A stretch of 64,000 bases of DNA, taken from contig OZ250173.1 of the NCBI GenBank assembly GCA_965238075.1, positions 800,001 through 864,000 of the forward strand, in the 5' to 3' direction. A model generated the notes under the pieces. That model saw only the letters and a list, made by a program, of their open reading frames with translations. It was not told the origin of the DNA and did no database searches. The stretch is from Candidatus Entotheonellaceae bacterium. GTDB taxonomy: Bacteria; Tectomicrobia; Entotheonellia; Entotheonellales; Entotheonellaceae. Both the position numbers and the translations under genes were made by a program. How positions within the stretch are numbered: the first letter of the stretch is position 1; each line of letters begins with the position of its first letter. Below are positions 40,636-52,332 of the stretch, piece by piece.

Positions 40636-40661
40636 GTCGGATTAGCGGAGCGTAATCCGAC
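40636..40661. repeat. REP-like palindrome (family A)
   Basis: GTCGGATTAGCGGAGCGTAATCCGAC. Confidence 0.85.
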
Positions 40662-40748
40662 TTACGCGAAGCCGCCAGTTCCCTCATGGTTCGATCAGAT
40701 ACGGAAATGCTCTAAGCCCAAATGCGATCACCTCCGCTTTCCCCCTCC

Positions 40749-42830
40749 TCACGCAGACCTGCCCAGCAGCGCCGTGAGCTCGGCGGGCTCGGTGACGGGC
40801 AGGGAGCACGCGAAGTCGTGGCAGACGTAGACCGTCGCTTTGCCGTCGATCTGCGTCTTGCCGGCGAGCACGTCGCGTAGCAGGGGCAGGGCGGCGAGGG
40901 CCACGTCGGCGCGTTGCGGGTCGACCAGGACGAGGGTCTTGTGGGGCACGTAGGTGCGGTGCAGGGCGGCCAGCAGAGCCTGCGTGTCCGGCGCGCCGGG
41001 GGTGCCGATCAGCACGATTTCCTGCGGCTTTTGGAGGTAGTCGGCGCACACGCTCAACAGGCTGCCGTAGCCGAAGGGCTGTTGCTCCATGTGCTGCCGG
41101 TACAGGCGCAGTACGCTTTCGGCACGCTGCAGGTAGTCGGTTTCGCCGGTATGGGCGTAGAGGCGCAGCAGGTTGCGGGTGGCGACCGCAGTGCCTGACG
41201 GAATCGCCTGATCGGTGGCCGACTTGACGCGGTCGATCAGCGTTTCGTGGTTCCTGCCGGTGAAGAAGAAGCCGCCATTCGCCTCGTCCCAGAAGTCCCC
41301 CAGCAGCGTCGCGGTCAACTGCCGCGCCAAGTCGAAATAGGACGGCTCGAAGGTCGCCTCGAAGGCGTCGAGCAGGGCGGCGGCCAGGAAGGCATAGTCG
41401 TCGAGGTAGCCCGCCAGCTTTGACTGACCGTCCTTATGGCTGCGCAATAGCACGCCGTCGCGCAGCATGTGTTGCCGCAGAAAGGCGATGGTGTCGCGCA
41501 CCGTCTGCATCGCCTCACCGTCCCCAAGTGCACTGGCGGCGGCGATCATCCCGGAGAGCATCAGGCCATTCCAGGCGGTCAGGATTTTCTCATCGCGGAA
41601 CGGCTTGATGCGCTGTTCGCGCGCCGCAAACAGGGTGCGCCGTCCCACCTCGAGCTTTTCGCCGACCGTCGCCACGTCCTGCTGGAATAAATCGGCGAGC
41701 TGTTGCAGCGACACCGTCAGGTGCAGGATGTTGTTGCCGCTCTCCCAGTTACCGGCCTCCGTCACGTCGTAATAACGGCAGAACAGGCGGGCGTCGTCGC
41801 CCAACCGCTCGTCCACCTCGGCCTTCGTCCACACGAAAAACTTGCCCTCTTCACCCTCGCTGTCGGCGTCCTGGGTGGCGTAGAAGCCGCCCTGCGGATG
41901 GCACATTTCACGCTGCACGTAGTCCAGTGTTTCGCGCACCACGCGGGCATACTGCGCCTCGCTGGTGATCCGGTACATGGCGGCGTACAACGGCAGCAAT
42001 TGGGCGTTGTCATACAGCATCTTCTCGAAGTGCGGCACCAGCCAGTGGTCGTCCACCGAATAGCGGTGAAAGCCGCCGCCGAGTTGGTCGTAAATGCCGC
42101 CGCCGGCCATTTTGTCCAGCGACAGCTTGACCACGTTGAGGAAGTTTTCGTTGCCGCTGTAGCGCCAGTACCGCAGCAGGCAGTCGAGGTTGGTGGGGTT
42201 GGGGAATTTCGGCTGCGTGCCGAAGCCGCCGTGCACCATATCCACGTTGTTGGCGAGGGTGCGCACGGCGTTCGTCACGAGGTCGGGCGCCAAGCCCTCG
42301 CCGCTGGCCGCAAAGCCGGAGAGTTTCTGCATGGCGTCACGAATCTGCGAGGTGCTCTTGACGACGTCTTGCTGGCGGTTGTGATAGGCATCGGCGAGGG
42401 TGCGCAGGAGGCGCGGAAAGCCGGGGCGGCCGTAGCGGTCGTCGGGCGGGAAGTAGGTGCCGCCGTAGAACGGCTCCTGATCCGGGGTGAGGAACATGGT
42501 CAGCGGCCAGCCGCCCTGACCGGTGAACAACTGCACGGCGGTCTGGTAGATGTGATCCAGGTCGGGGCGCTCCTCGCGGTCGACCTTGATATTCACGAAG
42601 TGCTCATTCATAAGCGCCGCGATCTGCTCGTCCTCGAACGATTCCCGCTCCATGACGTGGCACCAGTGGCAGGCGGAGTAGCCGATGGACAGCAAGATAG
42701 GTCGGTTTTCAGCGCGGGCTTTGTCGAGTGCCTCAGGGCCCCAGGCATGCCAGTCGACCGGGTTGTGGGCGTGCTGAATCAAGTAAGGACTGGTTTCGTG
42801 GATCAGACGGTTGGCGCGTTGGTCATTCAT
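40749..42830 (-). CDS. Thioredoxin-domain protein, YyaL/SSP411 (DUF255) family
   Basis: [42 protein letters not shown]. Confidence 0.93.
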   Translation of the reverse strand: MNDQRANRLIHETSPYLIQHAHNPVDWHAWGPEALDKARAENRPILLSIGYSACHWCHVMERESFEDEQIAALMNEHFVNIKVDREERPDLDHIYQTAVQLFTGQGGWPLTMFLTPDQEPFYGGTYFPPDDRYGRPGFPRLLRTLADAYHNRQQDVVKSTSQIRDAMQKLSGFAASGEGLAPDLVTNAVRTLANNVDMVHGGFGTQPKFPNPTNLDCLLRYWRYSGNENFLNVVKLSLDKMAGGGIYDQLGGGFHRYSVDDHWLVPHFEKMLYDNAQLLPLYAAMYRITSEAQYARVVRETLDYVQREMCHPQGGFYATQDADSEGEEGKFFVWTKAEVDERLGDDARLFCRYYDVTEAGNWESGNNILHLTVSLQQLADLFQQDVATVGEKLEVGRRTLFAAREQRIKPFRDEKILTAWNGLMLSGMIAAASALGDGEAMQTVRDTIAFLRQHMLRDGVLLRSHKDGQSKLAGYLDDYAFLAAALLDAFEATFEPSYFDLARQLTATLLGDFWDEANGGFFFTGRNHETLIDRVKSATDQAIPSGTAVATRNLLRLYAHTGETDYLQRAESVLRLYRQHMEQQPFGYGSLLSVCADYLQKPQEIVLIGTPGAPDTQALLAALHRTYVPHKTLVLVDPQRADVALAALPLLRDVLAGKTQIDGKATVYVCHDFACSLPVTEPAELTALLGRSA

Positions 42831-42873
42831 GGATCACTCCATAGCTGGCAGGCCTTGAATCGGGGTGAAAAAT

Positions 42874-43932
42874 TCAACGCTTGCTGGCAACAGCCGGTTG
42901 TTGTTGGGTCACGCAGTGGATGGCGCCGAGCCCCCAGACGAGCGGCTCGCAGGCAATGCCGACGACGCGGCGGCCGGGAAAGAGGTCCTGCAGGGTGCGC
43001 AGGGCGCGGTCGTCGTTGGGATGGTCGTAGGTGGGCACCAGTACGGCGCCGTTGCCGACGTAGAAGTTGGCGTAGCTGGCTGGCAGGCGCTCTGGTGGGG
43101 AGCCGACGCGCCCCGGCATGGGAAGGGGCACCACGTCGAGGAGCCGGCCGCGCCCGTCGGTGGCCGCCTGCAGGCGCCGGAAATTGTCCTGCAGGGGCAC
43201 GAAGTTGGCGTCCTGCGGGTCGGTTTCCAGGGCGCAGACCACCGTATCCGGGCCGACGAATCGCGCCACGTCATCGACGTGCCCATCGGTATCGTCCCCA
43301 ACAATGCCGCGCCCGAGCCAAATGACATGGCAAACGCCGAGGGTGGCGCCAAGATGGCGCTCAATGTCAGCGCGCTGCAACTCGGGGTTACGATTCGGAT
43401 GCAGCAGGCACTGCTCGGTGGTCAGACAGGCGCCGCTACCGTTGACGTCGATGGCGCCGCCTTCGAGGACCATGCCGGGCTCGAAACACGACACGCCGAG
43501 GCGCGAGGCGATGCGTTGCGATAGGCCGGCGTCGGCCTGCAAGTCGTCGTATTTGCCGCCCCAGGCGTTGAACCGCCAGGCGCTTGCGGCCAAAGGCGGC
43601 TGCGGGTCGACGCTGGTGAGGAAAATAGGGCCACTGTCGCGCAGCCAGGCGTCGGCGGTGGGTATTTCGTGCAGCTTGATGGCGCGTGCATCAAGCCCGC
43701 GATCATGTATCCGTTGCCCCACCTGATCGGCGGCGGCCGCGTCGTTGACCAGCAGGTGCACCGTTTCGTCCTGGTGCAATGCCTCGATCATGTCGAGGAA
43801 GATGTCCCGGACCTGCGGCAGGCGCCCCGGCCAAGTATCTTCGTTATGCGGCCAAGCCAGCCACGTGGCGGCGTGCGGCTCCCACTCCGCCGGCATCCGG
43901 TAGCCCAGGGCGGCGGGGGTGTCAGGCGTCAT
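42874..43932 (-). CDS. aguA: Agmatine deiminase (PPAD family)
   Basis: MPAEWEPH, WLRDSGP, LEGG, DTDGHVD, GAIHCVTQQQP. Confidence 0.9.
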   Translation of the reverse strand: MTPDTPAALGYRMPAEWEPHAATWLAWPHNEDTWPGRLPQVRDIFLDMIEALHQDETVHLLVNDAAAADQVGQRIHDRGLDARAIKLHEIPTADAWLRDSGPIFLTSVDPQPPLAASAWRFNAWGGKYDDLQADAGLSQRIASRLGVSCFEPGMVLEGGAIDVNGSGACLTTEQCLLHPNRNPELQRADIERHLGATLGVCHVIWLGRGIVGDDTDGHVDDVARFVGPDTVVCALETDPQDANFVPLQDNFRRLQAATDGRGRLLDVVPLPMPGRVGSPPERLPASYANFYVGNGAVLVPTYDHPNDDRALRTLQDLFPGRRVVGIACEPLVWGLGAIHCVTQQQPAVASKR

Positions 43933-44830
43933 GCTTGTCCCCGACCCCGACCGGGGAATCGAGGAACCGGGCGGTGAGCGCGCCGTACGTGTCGATACGG
44001 CGGTCACGCAGAAAGGGCCATTGCTGGCGCATGGTATCGACGGCGTCCAGATCACACTTGGCGACCACGATGGCTTCCCCATCGTGCGCGGCGCGCGCCA
44101 CCAGGCTGCCGTCCGGCGCGGCCAGGAACGAGGCGCCCCAGAACGTCACCGTGCCCTCGCGCCCGACGCGGTTCACGGCGGCGGCGTAGACCCCGTTGGT
44201 AATGGCGTGGCTGCGTTGCACGAGTTCCCAAGCCTCGTGCTGCGTGCGGCGCACCTCGGCCGTCTCATCGTCGTGCCAGCCAATGGCAGTGGGATAAAAC
44301 AGGATGTCGGCGCCGGAAAGGGCCACCAGGCGCGCCGCCTCGGGGAACCACTGGTCCCAGCAGATCAGCACGCCGATGTCAGCGTAGCGGGTTTTGAAGG
44401 TTCGGAAGCCGAGGTCGCCCGGCGTGAAGTAGAACTTCTCGTAGTACGCCGGGTCGTCGGGAATGTGCATCTTGCGGTAGGTCCCGAGGCGGGCACCGTT
44501 GGCGTCGAACACCACCGCGCTGTTGTGATACAGGCCGCGCGCCCGCTGTTCGAACAGCGGCACGATCAGCACGACTCCCAGTTCCCCGGCCAGCCCTCCC
44601 AGGGCGTCAGTCGTCGGGCCCGGAATGGGCTCCGCCAGGGCAAACGGGCCGAGGTCCTCGGTCTGACAGAAGTAGGGCGTGCTGAACAACTCCTGCAAGC
44701 AGATGATCTGCGCGCCCTGCGCCGCGGCATCGCGGATAGCGCTGACGGCCCGCTGCAGGTTCCCCCGCGGGTCCGCCTCAGCCTGCATCTGGATGAGTCC
44801 CACCGTCACTTCGGACGACCCCTTGGCCAT
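43922..44830 (-). CDS. aguB: N-carbamoylputrescine amidase (carbon-nitrogen hydrolase)
   Basis: QELF, YRKMHIPDDP, EKFYFTPGD, ICWDQWFPE, PTAIGW. Confidence 0.88.
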   Translation of the reverse strand: MAKGSSEVTVGLIQMQAEADPRGNLQRAVSAIRDAAAQGAQIICLQELFSTPYFCQTEDLGPFALAEPIPGPTTDALGGLAGELGVVLIVPLFEQRARGLYHNSAVVFDANGARLGTYRKMHIPDDPAYYEKFYFTPGDLGFRTFKTRYADIGVLICWDQWFPEAARLVALSGADILFYPTAIGWHDDETAEVRRTQHEAWELVQRSHAITNGVYAAAVNRVGREGTVTFWGASFLAAPDGSLVARAAHDGEAIVVAKCDLDAVDTMRQQWPFLRDRRIDTYGALTARFLDSPVGVGDKHDA

Positions 44831-44870
44831 CGCCTCCTCCCGTCGGTCGGATTCGCACAATTTCGGATCA

Positions 44871-44947
44871 CACCCCTCCGACCCTCTCACGAGACGGAAG
44901 GATTCCTGCTCCCTCCCCCCTGCAGGGAGAGGGTCGGGGTGAGGGGG
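44871..44947. repeat. Family B repeat with degenerate inverted partner
   Basis: CTCCCTCCCCCCTGCAGGGAGAGGGTCGGGGTGAGGGGG (44909-44947) and CACCCCTCCGACCCTCTC upstream. Confidence 0.7.
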
Positions 44948-44982
44948 TAGTGCACAGCGTCATCCGACGTTCGCCTACCCTC

Positions 44983-46722
<1,740 letters not shown>

Positions 46723-46918
46723 GAATGTTGCTCCTTTTTGGTGGATGCTGAACGCCGCGAAACACTGCAGCGGCATGCCGAGCGGCGGCTGGCGCAAGTT
46801 GCCTTGCTAAATTCCTTAGGGTATCGTTTGGTCATGCTATCTGATCCTGGGAGGGTTGGCAAATTGACTCGCCAACCCCTTGTTTTTAAAAGCTTTGGCA
46901 GCCATCTTCGGAGGCAGT

Positions 46919-49390
46919 GTGAGCCCAATCAGCAGGCACGACACGGCGGCGTTTCCCGAGGTGCCGATCGCCAGACTACGGTGGCGGTGCGACCCCGAAA
47001 GCCTTCCCTTCGCGAGCACTGATGACGTGGCGCCGGAGGCAGGCTTGATCGGCCAGGAGCGCGCCCGCAAGGCGCTGCTGCTCGGCATGGAGATCAACCA
47101 CGCCGGGTACAACGTGTACGTTTCCGGCGACGCCGGTACGGGCAAGCTGGCGGCGGTGCGGCAGATCGCGGCGCAGCTTCAGGACCCCGAGGCGAGGCCG
47201 CCGGACCTGTGTTATGTGTACGGCTTCAAGAGCCCGGAATGCCCGCGCCTTTTGGTGCTTCCGGCGGGACAGGGCGCGGCGTTGAAAAAGGCCATGCAGG
47301 CTTTGATCGACAGCCTTAAGGAGAGCATTCCGAAGGCGTTGGCCGGCGCTGACTGCCAGCACCGAAAGACTCGCTGCCTGGACCGGTATCAGCGGCGCGA
47401 ACAGCGGCTGGTGGCGCAACTCGAGGCGCGCCTGGCGCCGGCCTTCGGCCTGATTTGGCAGGGGCTGGACATGGCGCTGGCGGCGGAAGTGGCGCCAGTG
47501 ATCGAGGGGCGTCTGACGCCCATGGCGGAACTGGAAGACCGTGTCGATGGCGGCGGCTTCGACATCACCCGCTTCCGCGATCTGCGCGCCCGACAGGACA
47601 TGCTAAACGCGGCCAGCGCCGACGTATTGGCCGAGCTGGGCGAACTGCGCCAGAAGATGCAGGAGGACCTGCGAACGCTGGAGCGCACCGCGTTAAAGCC
47701 GGTCATCCGGGAGGCCGTAGCCGAGGTCGAGAAGGTGTCTGACGCAGCGGGTGTGAAACGCTACCTGCAGGACGCGGAAGAGGATCTGAACGAGGAGTGC
47801 GAGCGCTTTCATTCTGGTCTCCCGGCGCCGCCCGACAGGGAGCCCGCGCGATCATCGTATGACGACGAGGAGCCGTTCCATGACTTTCAGGTCAACGTCA
47901 TCGTTGATCACGGCGACACGACGGGCCGCCCGTTGGTCTTTGAAGCCTCGCCGACCTACAAGAACCTGTTTGGCGCCATCGAGCCCGCCGTCGAGCACGG
48001 CGGCGCCTGGCGCAGCGACTTCATGGGCATCCGCGCCGGAGCCATCCACCGCGCCAACGGCGGCTACCTCATCTTTCGCGCCCAGGAGGCCCTGTACGAC
48101 CCCCTCGTCTGGTCAACGCTGAAACGCCTGCTGCGCCACGGCAGGGCGGACATCCAGTCCATCGATCACCATACCCTGGTGCCAACGACGCCGCTGAGGC
48201 CGGATGCGGTTCCGTGCGACGTGAAGGTCATTCTGCTCGGCGATGAGGACCTCTACCAGCAACTGGCCTACGAAGACGCCAATTTCAGCCGCTTGTTCAA
48301 GGTCAAAGCCGACTTCGATACCACGCTGCCGCGCCGGCACGAAACCGTCTTGCAGGTTGCCGGTTTCCTCAGCCGCATCTGCCGCGAAGCGGGGTTGCGT
48401 CCGTGCGCCCGCGAGGCCGTAGGAGCGTTGGTCGAGTGGGGTGTGCGAACTGCCGGACGCCAGAACAAAATCAGCGCCTGTCTGGACGTTATGGCCGACG
48501 TGGCGCGGGAGGCGAATTATTGGGCCGGCAAGGACGGCGCGGCGATGATCACCGCGGCGGCCGTGGAGCGGGCGCTACTGGCGCGGCAGGAGCGGCTGAA
48601 CCTGACCGCCGAGCAAATCTACGAAATGATCGACGAGGACCTTTTGCTACTGACCACCCGCGGTGCGGTTGTCGGCCAAGTGAATGGCCTGTCGGTATAC
48701 GAACTGGCCGACGGCACCACCTTCGGCTGCCCGATGCGCATTACCGCGGTCACCTCGATGGGCGACGCGGGCATCGTCAACATCGAACGCGAGGTGGAAC
48801 TGAGCGATGCCGCCCATCACAAAGGCATTCTCATCCTCAGCGGCTACCTGCGGCGCGCTTACGGGCAGGATAAACCCCTGATTCTCAGCGCCAGCCTGTG
48901 CATCGAGCAGTCGTATGACGGGGTGGCAGGCGACAGCGCCTCAGCCGCCGAGGTGTACGCGTTACTGTCCGGGCTGGCCAATCTGCCGGTCGATCAAGGC
49001 ATCGCCGTCACCGGATCGGTAAATCAACAAGGACAAATACAGCCCATCGGCGGCGTTAACGAGAAAATCGAGGTCTTTTTCGACGTCTGCCGGCGGCAGG
49101 GCCTGACCGGCACGCAAGGGGTGCTGCTGCCGCCGCAAAACGTCGATGACCTGATGCTCAAGCAAGAGGTCGTCGATGCCGTGGCGGCCAGGCAGTTCCA
49201 TCTCTACCCCATTCCCACCATCGACGACGGGTTGCCCATTCTGACGGGTGTCGACGCCGGCGCGGTGAACGGCCGCGTGGATGCCCAACTGCGGCGCTAC
49301 GCCGAGCAGTGGTACGCCTTCCAGCATCGCCGTGCCCCCACCAACGGCGTTCTCCAGACGCCGCCTGGGGGGCGATCCGGCCTCGCCTAA
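46919..49390 (+). CDS. LonC-type Lon-like serine protease
   Basis: GQERA, GDAGTGK, HRANGGYL, Ser-Lys dyad GDSAS...GGVNEKIE; no clear Walker B. Confidence 0.85.
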   Translation: MSPISRHDTAAFPEVPIARLRWRCDPESLPFASTDDVAPEAGLIGQERARKALLLGMEINHAGYNVYVSGDAGTGKLAAVRQIAAQLQDPEARPPDLCYVYGFKSPECPRLLVLPAGQGAALKKAMQALIDSLKESIPKALAGADCQHRKTRCLDRYQRREQRLVAQLEARLAPAFGLIWQGLDMALAAEVAPVIEGRLTPMAELEDRVDGGGFDITRFRDLRARQDMLNAASADVLAELGELRQKMQEDLRTLERTALKPVIREAVAEVEKVSDAAGVKRYLQDAEEDLNEECERFHSGLPAPPDREPARSSYDDEEPFHDFQVNVIVDHGDTTGRPLVFEASPTYKNLFGAIEPAVEHGGAWRSDFMGIRAGAIHRANGGYLIFRAQEALYDPLVWSTLKRLLRHGRADIQSIDHHTLVPTTPLRPDAVPCDVKVILLGDEDLYQQLAYEDANFSRLFKVKADFDTTLPRRHETVLQVAGFLSRICREAGLRPCAREAVGALVEWGVRTAGRQNKISACLDVMADVAREANYWAGKDGAAMITAAAVERALLARQERLNLTAEQIYEMIDEDLLLLTTRGAVVGQVNGLSVYELADGTTFGCPMRITAVTSMGDAGIVNIEREVELSDAAHHKGILILSGYLRRAYGQDKPLILSASLCIEQSYDGVAGDSASAAEVYALLSGLANLPVDQGIAVTGSVNQQGQIQPIGGVNEKIEVFFDVCRRQGLTGTQGVLLPPQNVDDLMLKQEVVDAVAARQFHLYPIPTIDDGLPILTGVDAGAVNGRVDAQLRRYAEQWYAFQHRRAPTNGVLQTPPGGRSGLA

Positions 49391-49905
49391 TCTTGCGGCG
49401 CCAGATACGTCGCCCCGATGACCGACCGTACGCCCGACAGCACGAACGTCCGCTTGCCTTGGTCGAGACGACCGTTGTCATTGGCGTCCTCGCCGGCGTC
49501 CAGGGCGCAGTTCAGATTGCTGTCCTCAGCGGCATCGCCAGATTGCACCGCGACGACGTCGATGGCCTTGAGCTGGGGACGCGGGAATCCCTCGTTGACG
49601 CACCAATACACGCGATGACCGTCCGGGACGTCACCGGGCGCGACGTCATAGGTCGTCTTGGCGGCGCCTGCGGCCGTGTCCAGCAAATGCGGATGGTTGT
49701 AGGGAAGCGCGAGCAGTAATTCCAGCCGTTCCTGCGCCATCGTGACGAGCCGCGTCATACCGTTGGCCCTGGCGTTAATGGTGATCGCGGTTATCTGCAT
49801 CGCAGCCAATGCCGACAGTCCCAAGGCCAACAGAAGCACGGCGACCATAACCTCGATGAGCGTGAAGCCGCGCTCCCGACCCCTGTTTGCTGCCTCGTCC
49901 GGCAT
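49387..49905 (-). CDS. Type IV minor pilin, PilV-like
   Basis: Prepilin motif RG/FTLIEVMVA. Confidence 0.8.
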   Translation of the reverse strand: MPDEAANRGRERGFTLIEVMVAVLLLALGLSALAAMQITAITINARANGMTRLVTMAQERLELLLALPYNHPHLLDTAAGAAKTTYDVAPGDVPDGHRVYWCVNEGFPRPQLKAIDVVAVQSGDAAEDSNLNCALDAGEDANDNGRLDQGKRTFVLSGVRSVIGATYLAPQD

Positions 49906-49908
49906 CCG

Positions 49909-50547
49909 TCACCATCCCGGCTCGCCCGCCAAGGCGACATTCCTGAGTTGCACCGTGGCGACCCGTTCGAGCGTTCGATAGCCGTCGTTTTCCGCGTGCT
50001 GCGGATCACGGCGCGACGCTCTGGCGGTGAGCGTCAGGCGCACGGCGCGGATGTTTTGCAGCTGCCCCGCCGGCACCTGCGGCACACAGGGGAGCCGCGG
50101 ATCGTTGCTGGGCAATACGTAGCAGAATCGCAGCCGCTGAATTGTGTCGACGACCGCCTGAAAACCGCTTGCCTTCTCCCGCACCGACTGGATGCGCAGG
50201 CTGCCGGACCTGGCACGGTAGGCAACGTCTTCAAACGCGGCGTCACCGATCGCGCCGCTGCCGTTGCGGTCGATCGTGAAGCGCATCAGGTCGGCCTCAG
50301 CGGTGACGATGCCGGCGCCGGCGTTTCCTGTCGGATCAAAACCGGCCATGCGGATGTCGTTGGCCATCACGTCGAGACCCATGCGAACGTTTTGCCGCAT
50401 TTCCAGCATCTGCTGGTGCCGCGCATAGACGTTGTGCTGCTGCACCAAAATGCCGTAGATGCCGCCCATGACGAGCGAGCCAACAGCAAGGGCGATCAGC
50501 AGTTCGATGAGGGTGAAGCCGTGCTGGTCTCGCAGGGTGGCTTTCAA
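49909..50547 (-). CDS. Type IV minor pilin, PilW-like
   Basis: HG/FTLIELLIA, DIRMAGFDP, VQLRN. Confidence 0.82.
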   Translation of the reverse strand: MKATLRDQHGFTLIELLIALAVGSLVMGGIYGILVQQHNVYARHQQMLEMRQNVRMGLDVMANDIRMAGFDPTGNAGAGIVTAEADLMRFTIDRNGSGAIGDAAFEDVAYRARSGSLRIQSVREKASGFQAVVDTIQRLRFCYVLPSNDPRLPCVPQVPAGQLQNIRAVRLTLTARASRRDPQHAENDGYRTLERVATVQLRNVALAGEPGW

Positions 50548-50565
50548 GATTTATCCCGCCTTGGC

Positions 50566-51072
50566 TTACTCGGACCGCACGCGGCCGTTGGGGGCCACGA
50601 TAATTTTGCGTGCATGGCCGTCCGCGATGGTTTCGAGGGTGAAGCTGCCGGCGGTCGCCGTCCCGCGCGGGCCAAAGACGAACGACCGGCGGGTCGTCTT
50701 CGTGATGCGGACACCCGGCAATTCGGTCATCGTCCGGCGGAATGCCGCGTAGGCGGGGCTTGACGTTGCCGGCGGCGCGGGGCAGTCGGGCTGCAGGGCG
50801 TCGAGGCTGCGGAGGGTCAGGAAGTCATGCGGGGTTGCGGTACTGTACAGGCATACCCGCAGGCGGGTGTTGCGGGCGATGGCTTGCAGACGCGCCGATT
50901 GCAGGACGGAAACCACCTCATCGGCAACGGCACGCGAGCGCAGGCGGGCCAGCCACGACACCACGTTGGGCGTGCCAACCGCGGCCACAAGCCCCAAGAT
51001 GGCGAGCACGACGATCAACTCCAGCAGGCTGAACCCCGTCTCACCCAAGCGGCACGGCCTGCCGCCACCCAT
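50566..51072 (-). CDS. FimT/GspH-like pseudopilin
   Basis: TG/FSLLELIVV, LQSARLQAI, FGPRG, VAPNGRVR. Confidence 0.82.
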   Translation of the reverse strand: MGGGRPCRLGETGFSLLELIVVLAILGLVAAVGTPNVVSWLARLRSRAVADEVVSVLQSARLQAIARNTRLRVCLYSTATPHDFLTLRSLDALQPDCPAPPATSSPAYAAFRRTMTELPGVRITKTTRRSFVFGPRGTATAGSFTLETIADGHARKIIVAPNGRVRSE

Positions 51073-51467
51073 CAATCGTCGTTCCACATTCCCCTCTCTT
51101 GCAGGACTTCCTTGCAAACCTTCAGCCCCTCCACCATGGTGGGCACGCCGCCATAGGTCATCATCTGAAAGATGACCTCGGCAACTTCCTCTCGGGTGGC
51201 GCCTACGTTCAGAGCGGCGCCAATGTGGATGCGAAGCTCGTCGAGCCGCTGCAGCACCGTCAGCGCGGCGACAGCGCACAGTTCCCTCTCCTTCTGGGAA
51301 ATGACGTTGCGGGCGTAAAGCCGGCCGGTGAAGAAGGTGGAAATGTGGCGGGCCAGGTCCGGGTCGAATTTCTTCCACAACTGGAACACGCCCTCGCCCG
51401 GCTTCGGGGGGCCAAAGAGCATCTCGGCAGTTTCTCGCGTCACGCGCCTCAGTTCGGCATCATCCAC
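51072..51467 (-). CDS. Carboxymuconolactone decarboxylase-family protein (no CxxC)
   Basis: LYAR, RELCAVAAL, LRIHIGAALNVG, YGGVP. Confidence 0.85.
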   Translation of the reverse strand: MDDAELRRVTRETAEMLFGPPKPGEGVFQLWKKFDPDLARHISTFFTGRLYARNVISQKERELCAVAALTVLQRLDELRIHIGAALNVGATREEVAEVIFQMMTYGGVPTMVEGLKVCKEVLQERGMWNDD

Positions 51468-51513
51468 GGTGCAGCCCTCTCTCGCTGGTGATTCGAAGCG
51501 GAATTTTGGCGGC

Positions 51514-51543
51514 AGCATACGGGCGGCGCGCCGGGGGTGTCAA
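51514..51543 (-). promoter_or_regulatory. Putative sigma70 promoter for the CMD-pilin operon
   Basis: Minus strand TTGACA-18 nt-TATGCT. Confidence 0.55.
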
Positions 51544-51619
51544 TGACGGTGGCCCACGCGGTACACTTTGCCGGCGAATCCGACTTCATAACGATGATCA
51601 ACAGACAAATGGAGAAGCC

Positions 51620-52288
51620 ATGCGTCTTACCGAGTACCTGCGTCAGCAAACCGCCGACCTGCGCCAGCAAGTCCTGCAGCACCCCTTCGTGACGGGGATC
51701 GGCGACGGCGGGCTGCCGCTGGAGGCGTTCCGATTCTACCTGTGTCAGGACTACGTATTTCTGGTCGACTACAGCCGCGTGCTGGCGCTGGCGGCGGCGA
51801 AGGCGGGCGACCTCGAGACGATGGGGCGGTTTGCGGGGCTGCTGCACGAAACGCTGAACACCGAAATGGATTTGCACCGCGGCTTTGCAGCAAAATTCGG
51901 CATCCGCCCGGGCGAGCTGGAGAGCACGCAGGCAGCACCGGGCACGCGAGCCTACACCCAGCACCTGCTGGCCACCGCTTACAGCGGGGATCTGGCAGAC
52001 ATCGCTGCGGCCATTCTGCCCTGCATGTGGGACTACAGCGACATCGGCCAGAACCTGGCAGCACAAGGCGCCCCGTCGCCGCAGCCGCTGTATGACGAGT
52101 GGATTCGAATGTACGCGGCCCCCGAATTTGCCGCCCTCGCCGACTGGCTGCGGGGCCTACTCGACCGCCTGGGAAGCGGCGCGGCGCCGGACCGGCAAGT
52201 CCGCCTCAGCCGGCTATTCGCCGATAGCTGCCGCTACGAGTATCTCTTCTGGGACATGGCGTATCGGCAGGAGACCTGGCCCCTGTAG
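51620..52288 (+). CDS. tenA: Thiaminase II (TenA_C)
   Basis: HPFV, FYLCQDY, LPCMWDY (catalytic Cys), YEYLFWDMAY. Confidence 0.92.
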   Translation: MRLTEYLRQQTADLRQQVLQHPFVTGIGDGGLPLEAFRFYLCQDYVFLVDYSRVLALAAAKAGDLETMGRFAGLLHETLNTEMDLHRGFAAKFGIRPGELESTQAAPGTRAYTQHLLATAYSGDLADIAAAILPCMWDYSDIGQNLAAQGAPSPQPLYDEWIRMYAAPEFAALADWLRGLLDRLGSGAAPDRQVRLSRLFADSCRYEYLFWDMAYRQETWPL

Positions 52289-52316
52289 GCCGGATTGGCC
52301 GCAGGCGTAATCCGAC
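52285..52316. repeat. Family A REP supplying the tenA stop codon
   Basis: GTAGGCCGGATTGGCCGCAGGCGTAATCCGAC. Confidence 0.8.
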
Positions 52317-52332
52317 CTCCGACTGCGCTGGC

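Noticed and set aside
51470..51619. TPP riboswitch upstream of tenA
   Set aside because: The conserved CTGAGA and ACCTGA elements are not present.
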